This document shows, piece by piece, positions 17,306 through 25,786 of a DNA stretch of 64,000 nt. The DNA is from an uncultured bacterium (GTDB taxonomy: Bacteria > Desulfobacterota_D > UBA1144 > Nemesobacterales > UBA2774): positions 2,091,301 to 2,155,300 of the forward strand of contig CAWGRW010000009.1 of the NCBI GenBank assembly GCA_963825135.1, read 5' to 3'. The notes beneath the pieces are model-generated. The model did no database searches, had not been told where the DNA came from, and saw nothing but the letters and a program-made list of their open reading frames with translations. Each line of letters starts with the position of its first letter. Position 1 is the stretch's first letter. The translations under genes were made by a program, and so were the position numbers.

Positions 17306-20152
17306 ATGAAGAAAAATTATAGGAACCTGAATCAGGCGCTTCTTACAGCGCTCATGACTTATTCCGGGAGAATTTGTTACAAGTCCAAGCGGGAGGGAGA
17401 GTTCCGGGATATATCGTTCGGGGATTTTAAGAAGCTGGTCCTCCGGTTGTCGGCATATCTTCTCGGCAAGGGGTTTGAACCCGGGTCGAGAGTAATAATT
17501 TTTTCGGAAAATTCGCCGGAGTGGATGGCTGTCTGTATAGCGTCCCTGTTTTCAGGCGGGATTGTCATTCCCGTAGCCGCGAATTCCAAGCCCGAACTAT
17601 TGAACCGCATACTAAAAGATTCATCGGCGTCGCTAGTGTTCGTGCAAAACGTTTTTCAGGCGGCCGGTGTCGGGAATATGTGTGAGAACAAACCTTCTAT
17701 AATAGTTATGGAGGATATCGACGGAAGCGGGGATCGGACGATGCACCTCACTTCTATTGGTAAAGGCTCAATTACGGAGGAGGATGTCAAAGCGGTAAAG
17801 ATACGCGCCGAGAGCGTAAACCCGGAATCTACTGCCCTAATTTTCTACACCGCCAAAGAGACAGGGGTTCCGAGGGGCGTCGTGTTCTCACACGGCAGGA
17901 TGCTCGATACACTCACCCACGTTTCGGAATGGTTTGGTCTGGACGAATTCGACCTGGGGTTCACATCTACGAACTGGAGCAATTTCCAGAGTTTCGTGAT
18001 CGCCCTCGAATACATATATTCAGGCATTGGGAATGCGCTCTCCCAGAGCATAGATACCGTATTCGAGGACCTTCAGCAGACGAGTCCCACTGTCACCATG
18101 ACAAGCCCATTTGCCCTGGAGTATATTCACAGACGAATTATGCACGAGCTTGACGAGATGCCTGAGTCGAGGCGGAAAATTTTCCAGTGGGCGCTTGCAC
18201 TTGGAAGGCAATACCGCTCCGAGGAGTCCACGGCGTCAAAGGAGCTGCGTGAGCAGTATACCCGCGCAGATATGGCATTTTTCGGGAGGATGAGGGCGAT
18301 ACTGGGAGGGAGGCTCCTGCGGATTTATTGCGCGGGTGCTCATTTGTCGAGGGAGCTCGCCGGTTTCGCCGAGGCCATAGGACTGTTGCCCCTGAACGTT
18401 TATTCAATCGTTGAGGCTGGCGGCTTTCCTGCCTTGAGCCGCCCTTACGCCCGCAGGATGGGTTCCTGCGGTCAGGTCGCTCCGGGTTTCCAGATAAGAA
18501 TCTCGGACGAAGGCGAAGTCCTGGTGCGAGGAGAAACGGTTTCCGCCAGTTACTGGAACTCCCAGGAGCAATATGAGAATCTCTTTGACAGGGACGGGTG
18601 GTTCCGTACCGGAGATTTGGGGAAGTTCGACCAGGACGGGTATCTGTTCCTGACCGGTCATAAGGAGTCAATTTTCCTCCTGTCAAACGGCCATAAAATC
18701 GTACCGTCCAAAATTGAGAACTATATCGCGGACAACCCCTTCATAACGCAAGCCCTCGTATTCGGCGAAGGTAAATCCTATGTGTCTGCTTTGATCGTTC
18801 CGAATTTTCAGGTAATCGGGGAATATCTAACCGCTTATGAATCTTCACAACAAAACGGCGACATGCCTATCGATACGTTTAATCCGGCGGTTAAGGCGCT
18901 CATAGATAAAACGGTCTCGGATGTAAATAATCAGCTGAACGTGTGGGAAAAGATACAGGCGTATACGATGATCGATAAGCCATTCAGCGGGTATGGTTCG
19001 GATTCGGCGGAGCTCGAAAGGAGCGACCGGGCCGAAGTTCTAAAGAAATACTCGCTCTATATCAACGCTATGTATCCCGACACCCTCAAGATCGATAACG
19101 ACGATATAAAGCTCGTGCAGCTCGATCCCGACCAGCTTCGCGACCTTCTCGAAAAGCAGGACATTCTGACCGCATGGATGGAAGAAGCCGGCATCGGGTT
19201 TTTGCTGGATCTCGCGCGTTCCAAAGGCATTGACGCACTATCCATGGTGAACATTTGCGAGACCGCGACCAGCATCGCGCAGATGCAGAGCGAGGAAAAA
19301 CCTATATCCACCGCTCTTATCGTTGGCGATCCGACGCACATATCCAGCGTGCTGCCCGACGGGGAGATACAATTTCACCGTTTCGATCATATAAGGCGTA
19401 TGCAGCAGGTGGTTATCGCCCTGGCGAAAATAGTCGACGGTGTGGTGCTGGGTTACGGGATAGATAAATACGGGTATCTGAGGCGTGTCCATAAGCTGGA
19501 AATAGATGCGGATGGTCCGTCTAACTTTCTCCTGGGTCCGCAGTTCAGGAAGCATGCCGCGATATCGAGCAAGTGCGATGCGATTGTATTCTATGTGCCG
19601 GTAGGCGGCAGGCAGGTGCGGGTATTTTCGGACGGGCAGATGGTCGCGAGGTATTCGAACGGGAACTGGATGGCCGAGAACTTTCCGCACATCGACGAGA
19701 CCGTCGAAAGGCTTGCTCTCAAAAAGAGCTATGACGTCGAACTCCTGAGGCGAATTTTTCGTTGTGCTTTCCTGATGTCGGAGAGGAACCTGGGAGCTAT
19801 TTTCGTTGTCGGTGAGTCTGATAAAATATTGAAGAAGTCGGACCCTCCTGAAATAAGCCCTTACGCGACGATAACCAATGCTTATATAGGCAAATTGACG
19901 GACAGCGAGATAATAAATTTTGCGAAACAGGACGGGGCGACTATAATAGATTCGGCCGAAGGCGCGTTTCGGGGCTGTATGGTACTTCTACGTCCCAGCG
20001 CCGATACCCAGGCGGAGATAGGGATAGGCAAGGGCTCGAGACACTCGAGCGCGTCAAAAATGAGCGCAGAGGCGGGGTGTCTTGCAATCACTGTATCCCA
20101 GGACGGTCCGATCACCGTGTACGACAGCGGGGAGCGTATTATGACCATATAG
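17306..20152 (+). CDS. ANL-superfamily (acyl-CoA synthetase-like) adenylating domain fused to two tandem DisA_N/diadenylate-cyclase-like domains
   Basis: N-terminal ~590 aa are COG1022-like (GWFRTGDLGKFDQDGYLFLTGHKES...IVPSKIE). The C-terminus has two DAC-pattern segments, ending ...GSRHSSASKMSAEAGCLAITVSQDGPITVYDSGE. Starts 18 nt after the sensor gene. Confidence 0.7.
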   Translation: MKKNYRNLNQALLTALMTYSGRICYKSKREGEFRDISFGDFKKLVLRLSAYLLGKGFEPGSRVIIFSENSPEWMAVCIASLFSGGIVIPVAANSKPELLNRILKDSSASLVFVQNVFQAAGVGNMCENKPSIIVMEDIDGSGDRTMHLTSIGKGSITEEDVKAVKIRAESVNPESTALIFYTAKETGVPRGVVFSHGRMLDTLTHVSEWFGLDEFDLGFTSTNWSNFQSFVIALEYIYSGIGNALSQSIDTVFEDLQQTSPTVTMTSPFALEYIHRRIMHELDEMPESRRKIFQWALALGRQYRSEESTASKELREQYTRADMAFFGRMRAILGGRLLRIYCAGAHLSRELAGFAEAIGLLPLNVYSIVEAGGFPALSRPYARRMGSCGQVAPGFQIRISDEGEVLVRGETVSASYWNSQEQYENLFDRDGWFRTGDLGKFDQDGYLFLTGHKESIFLLSNGHKIVPSKIENYIADNPFITQALVFGEGKSYVSALIVPNFQVIGEYLTAYESSQQNGDMPIDTFNPAVKALIDKTVSDVNNQLNVWEKIQAYTMIDKPFSGYGSDSAELERSDRAEVLKKYSLYINAMYPDTLKIDNDDIKLVQLDPDQLRDLLEKQDILTAWMEEAGIGFLLDLARSKGIDALSMVNICETATSIAQMQSEEKPISTALIVGDPTHISSVLPDGEIQFHRFDHIRRMQQVVIALAKIVDGVVLGYGIDKYGYLRRVHKLEIDADGPSNFLLGPQFRKHAAISSKCDAIVFYVPVGGRQVRVFSDGQMVARYSNGNWMAENFPHIDETVERLALKKSYDVELLRRIFRCAFLMSERNLGAIFVVGESDKILKKSDPPEISPYATITNAYIGKLTDSEIINFAKQDGATIIDSAEGAFRGCMVLLRPSADTQAEIGIGKGSRHSSASKMSAEAGCLAITVSQDGPITVYDSGERIMTI

Positions 20153-20233
20153 ATTGGACCGGCTCACTCTGATTTCTTTGAGTGAGACGGTATCCGGCGG
20201 CCAAGCAAAAAAGAGCCTGAAATATTATTAAAG

Positions 20234-20262
20234 TTGACGGCAGGATTTAAATAAGTTAAAAT
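20234..20262 (+). promoter_or_regulatory. Sigma-70-type promoter of cspA
   Basis: TTGACG (20234-20239), 17-nt spacer, TAAAAT (20257-20262). This leaves a leader of about 95 nt before ATG 20365. Confidence 0.55.
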
Positions 20263-20364
20263 ACAGTTAAGGTTGCAGTAGTTCTTGTCAAATGTAAGAT
20301 TACCATCTGAAAGCGATTTTGAACCACTTGCATAACCCAATTTAAAATAGGAGGTAGCACCCTA

Positions 20365-20574
20365 ATGGCAGAACGTAAAATTGGCACTGTAAAGTGGTTC
20401 AATTCTACAAAAGGTTTCGGTTTCATTGAGGTAGAGAACGGCGAAGACGTTTTCGTACATTACAGTGAAATTAAAGCGACCGGCTTCCGCACGTTGGAAG
20501 AAGGTCAGCGCGTAGAGTTCACCGTTGTAAAGGGACAGAAAGGTCCCCAGGCTCAGAATGTAGTACTGGCTTAA
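20365..20574 (+). CDS. cspA: Cold-shock protein (CspA family)
   Basis: [15 protein letters not shown] (RNP1) and DVFVHYS (RNP2). AGGAGG RBS. Confidence 0.95.
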   Translation: MAERKIGTVKWFNSTKGFGFIEVENGEDVFVHYSEIKATGFRTLEEGQRVEFTVVKGQKGPQAQNVVLA

Positions 20575-20586
20575 CGGAAAAAATTG

Positions 20587-20622
20587 GTGAGCCGGATACC
20601 CCGGCTCACTTCTTTCCTTTTA
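20587..20622. terminator. Bidirectional Rho-independent terminator between cspA and the convergent gene
   Basis: 9-bp stem gtgagccgg/ccggctcac with a 5-nt loop. Followed by ttctttcctttt on the plus strand and preceded by aaaaaa, which gives a T-run on the minus strand. Confidence 0.7.
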
Positions 20623-20633
20623 TTAACCCCTGT

Positions 20634-21470
20634 CTACTCAAAAGCTCTTATGCTTCCGATCTTAAACTTCTGGTTTCCGGTGATCTGATTAAATTCCACC
20701 CGGCTGTTTACGTTCGGGATCTCGGGTTTGAAGGCGAAGTTCGTTATAGGCTTTCCGAAAATCAAGTCTTTTATCAGGGCGATGAACTGCGGTGACTCGG
20801 CCATGTTCTTATAGGTAATCACAAGCTTCCTCGGGACCGGGCGTTTGCCGTCTTCGATCCAGATCTGCCAGTCAATATCCTTCTCGACGAATACCAGATG
20901 GTGGCAATTCGTGCCCATGACCTTGCTTAGACCAAAATAGGCCCCGGAAATAACATCAGCTGTCATTGCCTTGTACGTATCTATAAAAAGAAACTCGCTC
21001 AGAGCGGGGGTAAACTGATATTCCTCTTTCAGCTTATTCAGTGCCTGGTCTACAGAAGGGGGAAGCGTCGCGAGTGAGAAATCGTTAAGCGGCACTTCAA
21101 GGAGCGTCGCCTGTCCTGCGTCATACCAGAGTTTGTATCCCCCGAGGTCGGTTATATATCCCACGTAAAATTTATCCGGTTTCTTGAGGTATACGGTTTC
21201 TTCCGCGTTGTATTGAATCTTCTGTTTGGATTCCAGCACATCGTCGAACATCATTTCCGCTTTAAATGTATATTCATATTGACTGCCCATATAGTAGCTC
21301 ATGGCCTGAAGGACGGCTGCAGCCTTAGGGTCTATATTCGGATTCGCATCCTGGGCGTTGGCGCTAACCTGCAGGAACAACGAGCCGTAGCCCGCAAATA
21401 ATACGGCAATGAATATATAGAGTGAGATTGAACTCAGCTTCTTTGGTAAACAGTGTGCAGCTCTAATCAT
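20634..21470 (-). CDS. Periplasmic DUF2092-like (LolA-fold) protein
   Basis: Signal peptide, then AAAVLQAMSYYMGSQYEYTFKAEMMFDDVL..., which resembles DUF2092 from memory. GGAGGGGG RBS before ATG 21470. Confidence 0.4.
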   Translation of the reverse strand: MIRAAHCLPKKLSSISLYIFIAVLFAGYGSLFLQVSANAQDANPNIDPKAAAVLQAMSYYMGSQYEYTFKAEMMFDDVLESKQKIQYNAEETVYLKKPDKFYVGYITDLGGYKLWYDAGQATLLEVPLNDFSLATLPPSVDQALNKLKEEYQFTPALSEFLFIDTYKAMTADVISGAYFGLSKVMGTNCHHLVFVEKDIDWQIWIEDGKRPVPRKLVITYKNMAESPQFIALIKDLIFGKPITNFAFKPEIPNVNSRVEFNQITGNQKFKIGSIRAFE

Positions 21471-21812
21471 AATACCCCCTCCTTTTTCCTTGTGGTAAGC
21501 CCGCATTTTATTTTTGTAAAGCTTCCCAGCAGTTTATACAGTATCATAATTCTTTCACGGTTTTCAACCTTCGGCCATAGAGTCCGGACAGGATACCGGC
21601 TATCCCCTCGTTACGACCTTCGTCTGCGGGGACTATTAGAACTCTTCCGGCACCATGCCTGATCTGAATCTATTCTATTGACTGTATTGACATAAAATTG
21701 AAAGAGACCAATAATTAGGCAAACGTTTAATCAATCCCGGGTGTAAGCCTTGAGCGGGACGGAGGGCGGGAGATTTCTTTCAATAATTCAAATGGGTAAG
21801 GAGATGAGAGAT

Positions 21813-23036
21813 ATGAACTTTTTGCGTGCCGTCATTGTGGTTCTTTTTGCCGTTAATTTGTTCTTTATTCCGCGCTCGCACGCGGGATTCAGCTTCGTGC
21901 CGAACGATTTGATGACTACCCCGTTCGGCCCTGCATATGCCGATATATTACTCGAACCTACGAATTTTCTGCCGTGCGAAGGGGGACCGTATGCCCTCTG
22001 TTATTACTCGGGCCCCGGACCAGAGACATGCGAGCTTACCGGGGACGGTACGTTCGCAAATTGCAAGTGCTTCGAAATCGCGTATGGGAAATATTTCGTC
22101 GATATAAACGCAATACTCGATAAGGACATATATCTCGATACTGTGGATGTATGCGGCGCCGACGGAAGCGGTTGTCAGACGACGAACTCGGCTCCTGTCT
22201 GCGAATCTATAAACAGCGGGAGTTTTATTCCCGGGGCTGACGTCATATCCGTGTTCAGCTTCGATTGCATCCCTGAGGAGGGTATAGGAGATACGAACTG
22301 TCCGCAATCCCTTTATGCCGGGTGCATGACGGCTCCCTGTCTCAGGACCGGGGAGGAGGGGATAGTGCAATGCTCGTGTCCGACCTACGACGGGCCCTAT
22401 CAGGTGGGGCTCGATAATCAGGCCTGCGTGCTGGAGGACGACCTCGTGTGGTCAGCCGCATACAACCCGAATATCACCGGCACAGCGCCGGTACCGCCTC
22501 CGGGAGGCTGCATACCCGACGCGCCGGAATCGGTCGGAGGTTGTCCGCTTATCAGCGAGGACATTCCTCCTCCCCCGCCTAACGTCGACTGCGGTGAGGT
22601 GTGCGAGGAGTATGACAGCTGTGTTAGTTCCAATGACCTCCAATCCGGGTATACATGCGACGCTACTTTGTGTACATCGCGGTGTAACGACAGGGGGCTC
22701 GTGGGGGAAGCGTGCTCCGGACTTCAGGGCTGTGCAATTTCGGAGATAGTCAAGCTCGAATCGGAGGTCGGGTGCAGCTGCTGCGCGAGCCAGATTTGCG
22801 GCTGTGACGCTGACAGCAAAACCGACAAAGCGGTGTTCGGACTCAATAAGCGACAGAGGGAGAAGGGTATAACACCCCAGTGCGATATAAACGGCACGCT
22901 TTGCGGGGAGAGTAAGCATAACGGGGGCTCGGGCTGCGCTCTCGCCGCCGAGGGCGGGGACGGAAGCTTTCCGCTACTTTTCATGTTGCCTGCACTTGTG
23001 GTTGCGGTAAGATTATGGAGAAAGTCCCGCTATTGA
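21813..23036 (+). CDS. Cysteine-rich exported protein with C-terminal Gly/Cys motif, TM helix and basic-tail sorting signal
   Basis: AAGGAG RBS 9 nt before ATG 21813. Signal peptide MNFLRAVIVVLFAVNLFFIPRSHA. Dozens of Cys residues. C-terminus is NGGSGCALAAEGGDGSFPLLFMLPALVVAVRLWRKSRY. Confidence 0.7.
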   Translation: MNFLRAVIVVLFAVNLFFIPRSHAGFSFVPNDLMTTPFGPAYADILLEPTNFLPCEGGPYALCYYSGPGPETCELTGDGTFANCKCFEIAYGKYFVDINAILDKDIYLDTVDVCGADGSGCQTTNSAPVCESINSGSFIPGADVISVFSFDCIPEEGIGDTNCPQSLYAGCMTAPCLRTGEEGIVQCSCPTYDGPYQVGLDNQACVLEDDLVWSAAYNPNITGTAPVPPPGGCIPDAPESVGGCPLISEDIPPPPPNVDCGEVCEEYDSCVSSNDLQSGYTCDATLCTSRCNDRGLVGEACSGLQGCAISEIVKLESEVGCSCCASQICGCDADSKTDKAVFGLNKRQREKGITPQCDINGTLCGESKHNGGSGCALAAEGGDGSFPLLFMLPALVVAVRLWRKSRY

Positions 23037-23048
23037 TTGGAGAAGTCC

Positions 23049-23279
23049 GTGGGTAAAAAAAGCGTATATATCGGAATGAGAAAAGTGCTTATCGCTCTGG
23101 CAATCGTCACGATCCTGTCGGCGGCAGTCATTTATCTGACGTCGACACCCGTAAAGTGCGACGACTGCAATCAGGGGAATAAGTGCAGCACTTCCTTTGA
23201 CTGCGGGGAGATCGGGGTCTGTTATTGTCAGTATACCTTCGAGGAGGAGAACGGCGAAGGTACCTGTTTTTTTGAATAG
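23049..23279 (+). CDS. Small membrane-anchored Cys-rich protein
   Basis: GGAG 6 nt before GTG 23049; alternative starts are TTG 23037 and ATG 23076. TM helix VLIALAIVTILSAAVIYL, then CDDCNQGNKCSTSFDCGEIGVCYCQYTFEEENGEGTCFFE with 8 Cys. Confidence 0.5.
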   Translation: MGKKSVYIGMRKVLIALAIVTILSAAVIYLTSTPVKCDDCNQGNKCSTSFDCGEIGVCYCQYTFEEENGEGTCFFE

Positions 23280-23346
23280 CGAGGCTGTCCGGCAGATACC
23301 ATGGAGCGTGCTTCCCGCATGTCCCGGCGGCGATTACCAGAGTTGT

Positions 23347-24039
23347 CTACTTACACCCTTTTCTTAATTGTTCGAGCGACGTATTGAATCCCCTCAGCGC
23401 GGGCGGTATGTCGATGCTGAACAGCATTATATCCACAGGCTCCACGTCCTGCTGATATGCATTGAAAGTATCCCCGCTATCGTAAACGAGCGTGCCGCCG
23501 GATGCGTCATACGCCTTAACCTGGCCGCCTGCGGGTCCGGCGTAGGCTATGAAGGATTTCGGCGTTTCGTTGCCTGTCCCCGAACCAGAAACCGTATTAT
23601 CGTGATTCAGCTGAACCTGATCGCCGAGAACGGACTTTACGCCGCTTCTGTCCATGACGAGCACTACGAGTCCCCCGCCGTTTTCATTGAAGGTCTCAAG
23701 GTTCGTAATCTGAAAGAATATAGGGGGGGCGAATTTCCCGGAATCCGTGTAGCGGCATCCGAGAAGTCCCGTGCCTGCAAAATCGTCCCTGCCGGGAGCC
23801 ACATGGATCGACGGGATTGCGAGAATGCATTCGGCTCTGCAGATTATATTCTGCGGGATGGAGTTATTCGGGTCTCCTTTCACATCCGCCGAAATGCCGT
23901 TGATGAATTTAGAGGAATTGTCGGATATGGTCTGGACGGGGGTTTTGACATTAAATCCTTCTGTCTGTGCGAAGGATGAAACACCGGTGAGTATTGCAAA
24001 TAAAGCGGCGGACATGATCGGCATTGCAAATTTTATCAT
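23347..24039 (-). CDS. Exported protein, possibly SYLF/DUF500-like
   Basis: Signal peptide MIKFAMPIMSAALFAILTGVSSFAQ. The overall pattern (AECILAIPS...GTGLLGCRY...PPIFFQI...GGLVVLVMDRSG...) loosely matches SYLF domains from memory. Confidence 0.35.
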   Translation of the reverse strand: MIKFAMPIMSAALFAILTGVSSFAQTEGFNVKTPVQTISDNSSKFINGISADVKGDPNNSIPQNIICRAECILAIPSIHVAPGRDDFAGTGLLGCRYTDSGKFAPPIFFQITNLETFNENGGGLVVLVMDRSGVKSVLGDQVQLNHDNTVSGSGTGNETPKSFIAYAGPAGGQVKAYDASGGTLVYDSGDTFNAYQQDVEPVDIMLFSIDIPPALRGFNTSLEQLRKGCK

Positions 24040-24135
24040 TAGCGGGGTCTCCGGGAAAATAGAATGTAAAAAAAACTGACGACACATTAAACTATTCGAG
24101 AAAAGTTAAGGTACCGTTAAGATAGAGTTAAAATT

Positions 24136-24654
24136 CTATTTGCGCTCCATCATAATTTGAAGGGAAGGCAGAAACGGAATATCCGTAATTCCGGGATCGA
24201 TTCCGAGCTGCTTAATTAATGTCGTTATTTGACCACGGTGGTGCGTTTGATGATTGAACATGTGCGCGGCAAGTATCCATCTCGGAAACGTCCTGGTCTG
24301 CCCGTCCACATTGCTGATATATACGTAATCACGGTCCATGTATTCCCCGGTCAATGTCCCCGCCCACTCAATCAATTCGATGTCGATTTTTTCCTGGGCC
24401 GCTCTCAGATCGTCAAAATCCTCGAAAATATCGACGCCTAATTCCCGCGGGGTGAATTTAGTGTCGCGGAGTCTTTCAAGCCAGGCTATGTCACCGTAAT
24501 AAATATGGTTCAGGGTGCCGTGTATCGATTTGAAGTATGTCCCCAGATCCTTCTTTCGGTCGTTATCCGGGATCCGGCCGCATACGTCGTACAGCTTGCC
24601 GTCCATCCACAGGTTATATTGAGCCATGAGTTCGTAGTAATTTTTTGGGAACAA
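24136..24654 (-). CDS. DinB-family protein
   Basis: HIYYGDIAWL...HMFNHQTHHRGQITTLIKQLG, the metal-binding His pattern of the DinB four-helix bundle. Confidence 0.8.
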   Translation of the reverse strand: MFPKNYYELMAQYNLWMDGKLYDVCGRIPDNDRKKDLGTYFKSIHGTLNHIYYGDIAWLERLRDTKFTPRELGVDIFEDFDDLRAAQEKIDIELIEWAGTLTGEYMDRDYVYISNVDGQTRTFPRWILAAHMFNHQTHHRGQITTLIKQLGIDPGITDIPFLPSLQIMMERK

Positions 24655-24725
24655 AGGGGGAGCGCCTCGTTTGTCTCCTGGATAAGGTCGTAATCCTGTA
24701 TGTTAAGGCGGCCCCTGTATGAGTC

Positions 24726-25073
24726 CTAGATCAAATGATATATGAGCATAAAGACGTATCGGAGGTTCCTCACCTTATCCCTCACTTCATGCGTGTCGCT
24801 CATGGTCCTTACCTGGAGCTCGAGGAAGCTGTTATAGTGTCTGGCGACAATCTCGAATTCTTGAAAGTTTATTCTTATCGGGTCATGGATCATCAGGGGA
24901 CGGACGTTTAGCCTGGCGCTTTCCACGATAATATCGTCTCCATCCATATGTGCATGGAACCAGCGCTCGGAATCGGGCAGGGGCAGCTCAATCCCCGTAC
25001 CTATTTTCGATTTCAGGAGCTCCCATTCTTCTTTTTTGGAATCGCTGAATTCAATCTTTCTGTCGAATAGCAC
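24726..25073 (-). CDS. Hypothetical protein
   Basis: GTG start preceded by AAAGGAGG. 115 aa with no recognised family. Confidence 0.5.
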   Translation of the reverse strand: MLFDRKIEFSDSKKEEWELLKSKIGTGIELPLPDSERWFHAHMDGDDIIVESARLNVRPLMIHDPIRINFQEFEIVARHYNSFLELQVRTMSDTHEVRDKVRNLRYVFMLIYHLI

Positions 25074-25200
25074 TATTCACTACCTCCTTTGGCGTTAACA
25101 AAGCCGCAGTGAGACTGTAACAGGTTTTTACAGAAATGCTAGTATCTTGAGTTCTTCCTGCTTCCCGGTTACGCGGTGCATAACTCTGGCGCGTTTACAA

Positions 25201-25674
25201 TTACTCGTCATTCACTATGGGCGTATTCTGGTTAACGACGGGGTCGGGTTCGTTTACGACGGCTTCGGGCTCTTCTACGGCGGGTCCTGGCTCGTCCTGT
25301 ACGTCCCCATTGTCGTCGGCCTGCTGAGGTTCGGGTTCGTTTACCACGTTTACGTTCTCGTTTATTACAGGCTCGCCGGGCTGTATTATGTAGGGCTCTG
25401 TCTGGTCTATAGGCGGATCAGGCTCAGTGATTACGCTATCGGGCGAGAGAGCAGGGTCGTCGATATCGCCGGGCTCGGGGGCCTGGGGGGTGTCCGGAAT
25501 AGGGGGCGCCATGTCATCGTCATCGTATTGGACCAGCAGGGTCCCTTTGCCGGAGGATAACACAGACGCGCTGGCGGTATCAGAGCTCGCGAATAATGCT
25601 GTGAGACCCGGAAGGGCCATTAACGCTAATAATACATATCCTGCCGGTAATATATTATGTTTAAAGTTTTTCAT
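25201..25674 (-). CDS. Exported acidic Pro-rich protein (paralogue of 25787-26494)
   Basis: AGGAGAG RBS and signal peptide. Shares VQYDD..APP.PD..QA.EPG.I.DD...EP.PP.D.TEPY with the next gene. Confidence 0.6.
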   Translation of the reverse strand: MKNFKHNILPAGYVLLALMALPGLTALFASSDTASASVLSSGKGTLLVQYDDDDMAPPIPDTPQAPEPGDIDDPALSPDSVITEPDPPIDQTEPYIIQPGEPVINENVNVVNEPEPQQADDNGDVQDEPGPAVEEPEAVVNEPDPVVNQNTPIVNDE

Positions 25675-25786
25675 GCTTTCTCTCCTGTTGCTCTATTTAG
25701 TTGTTATATTGACCTTTTGTAAAATTGTCAATAGGCTGTCGATATCGCTCTGAGCGAGCGCGGTCCTATCTATAAGCCCTGAGTTC

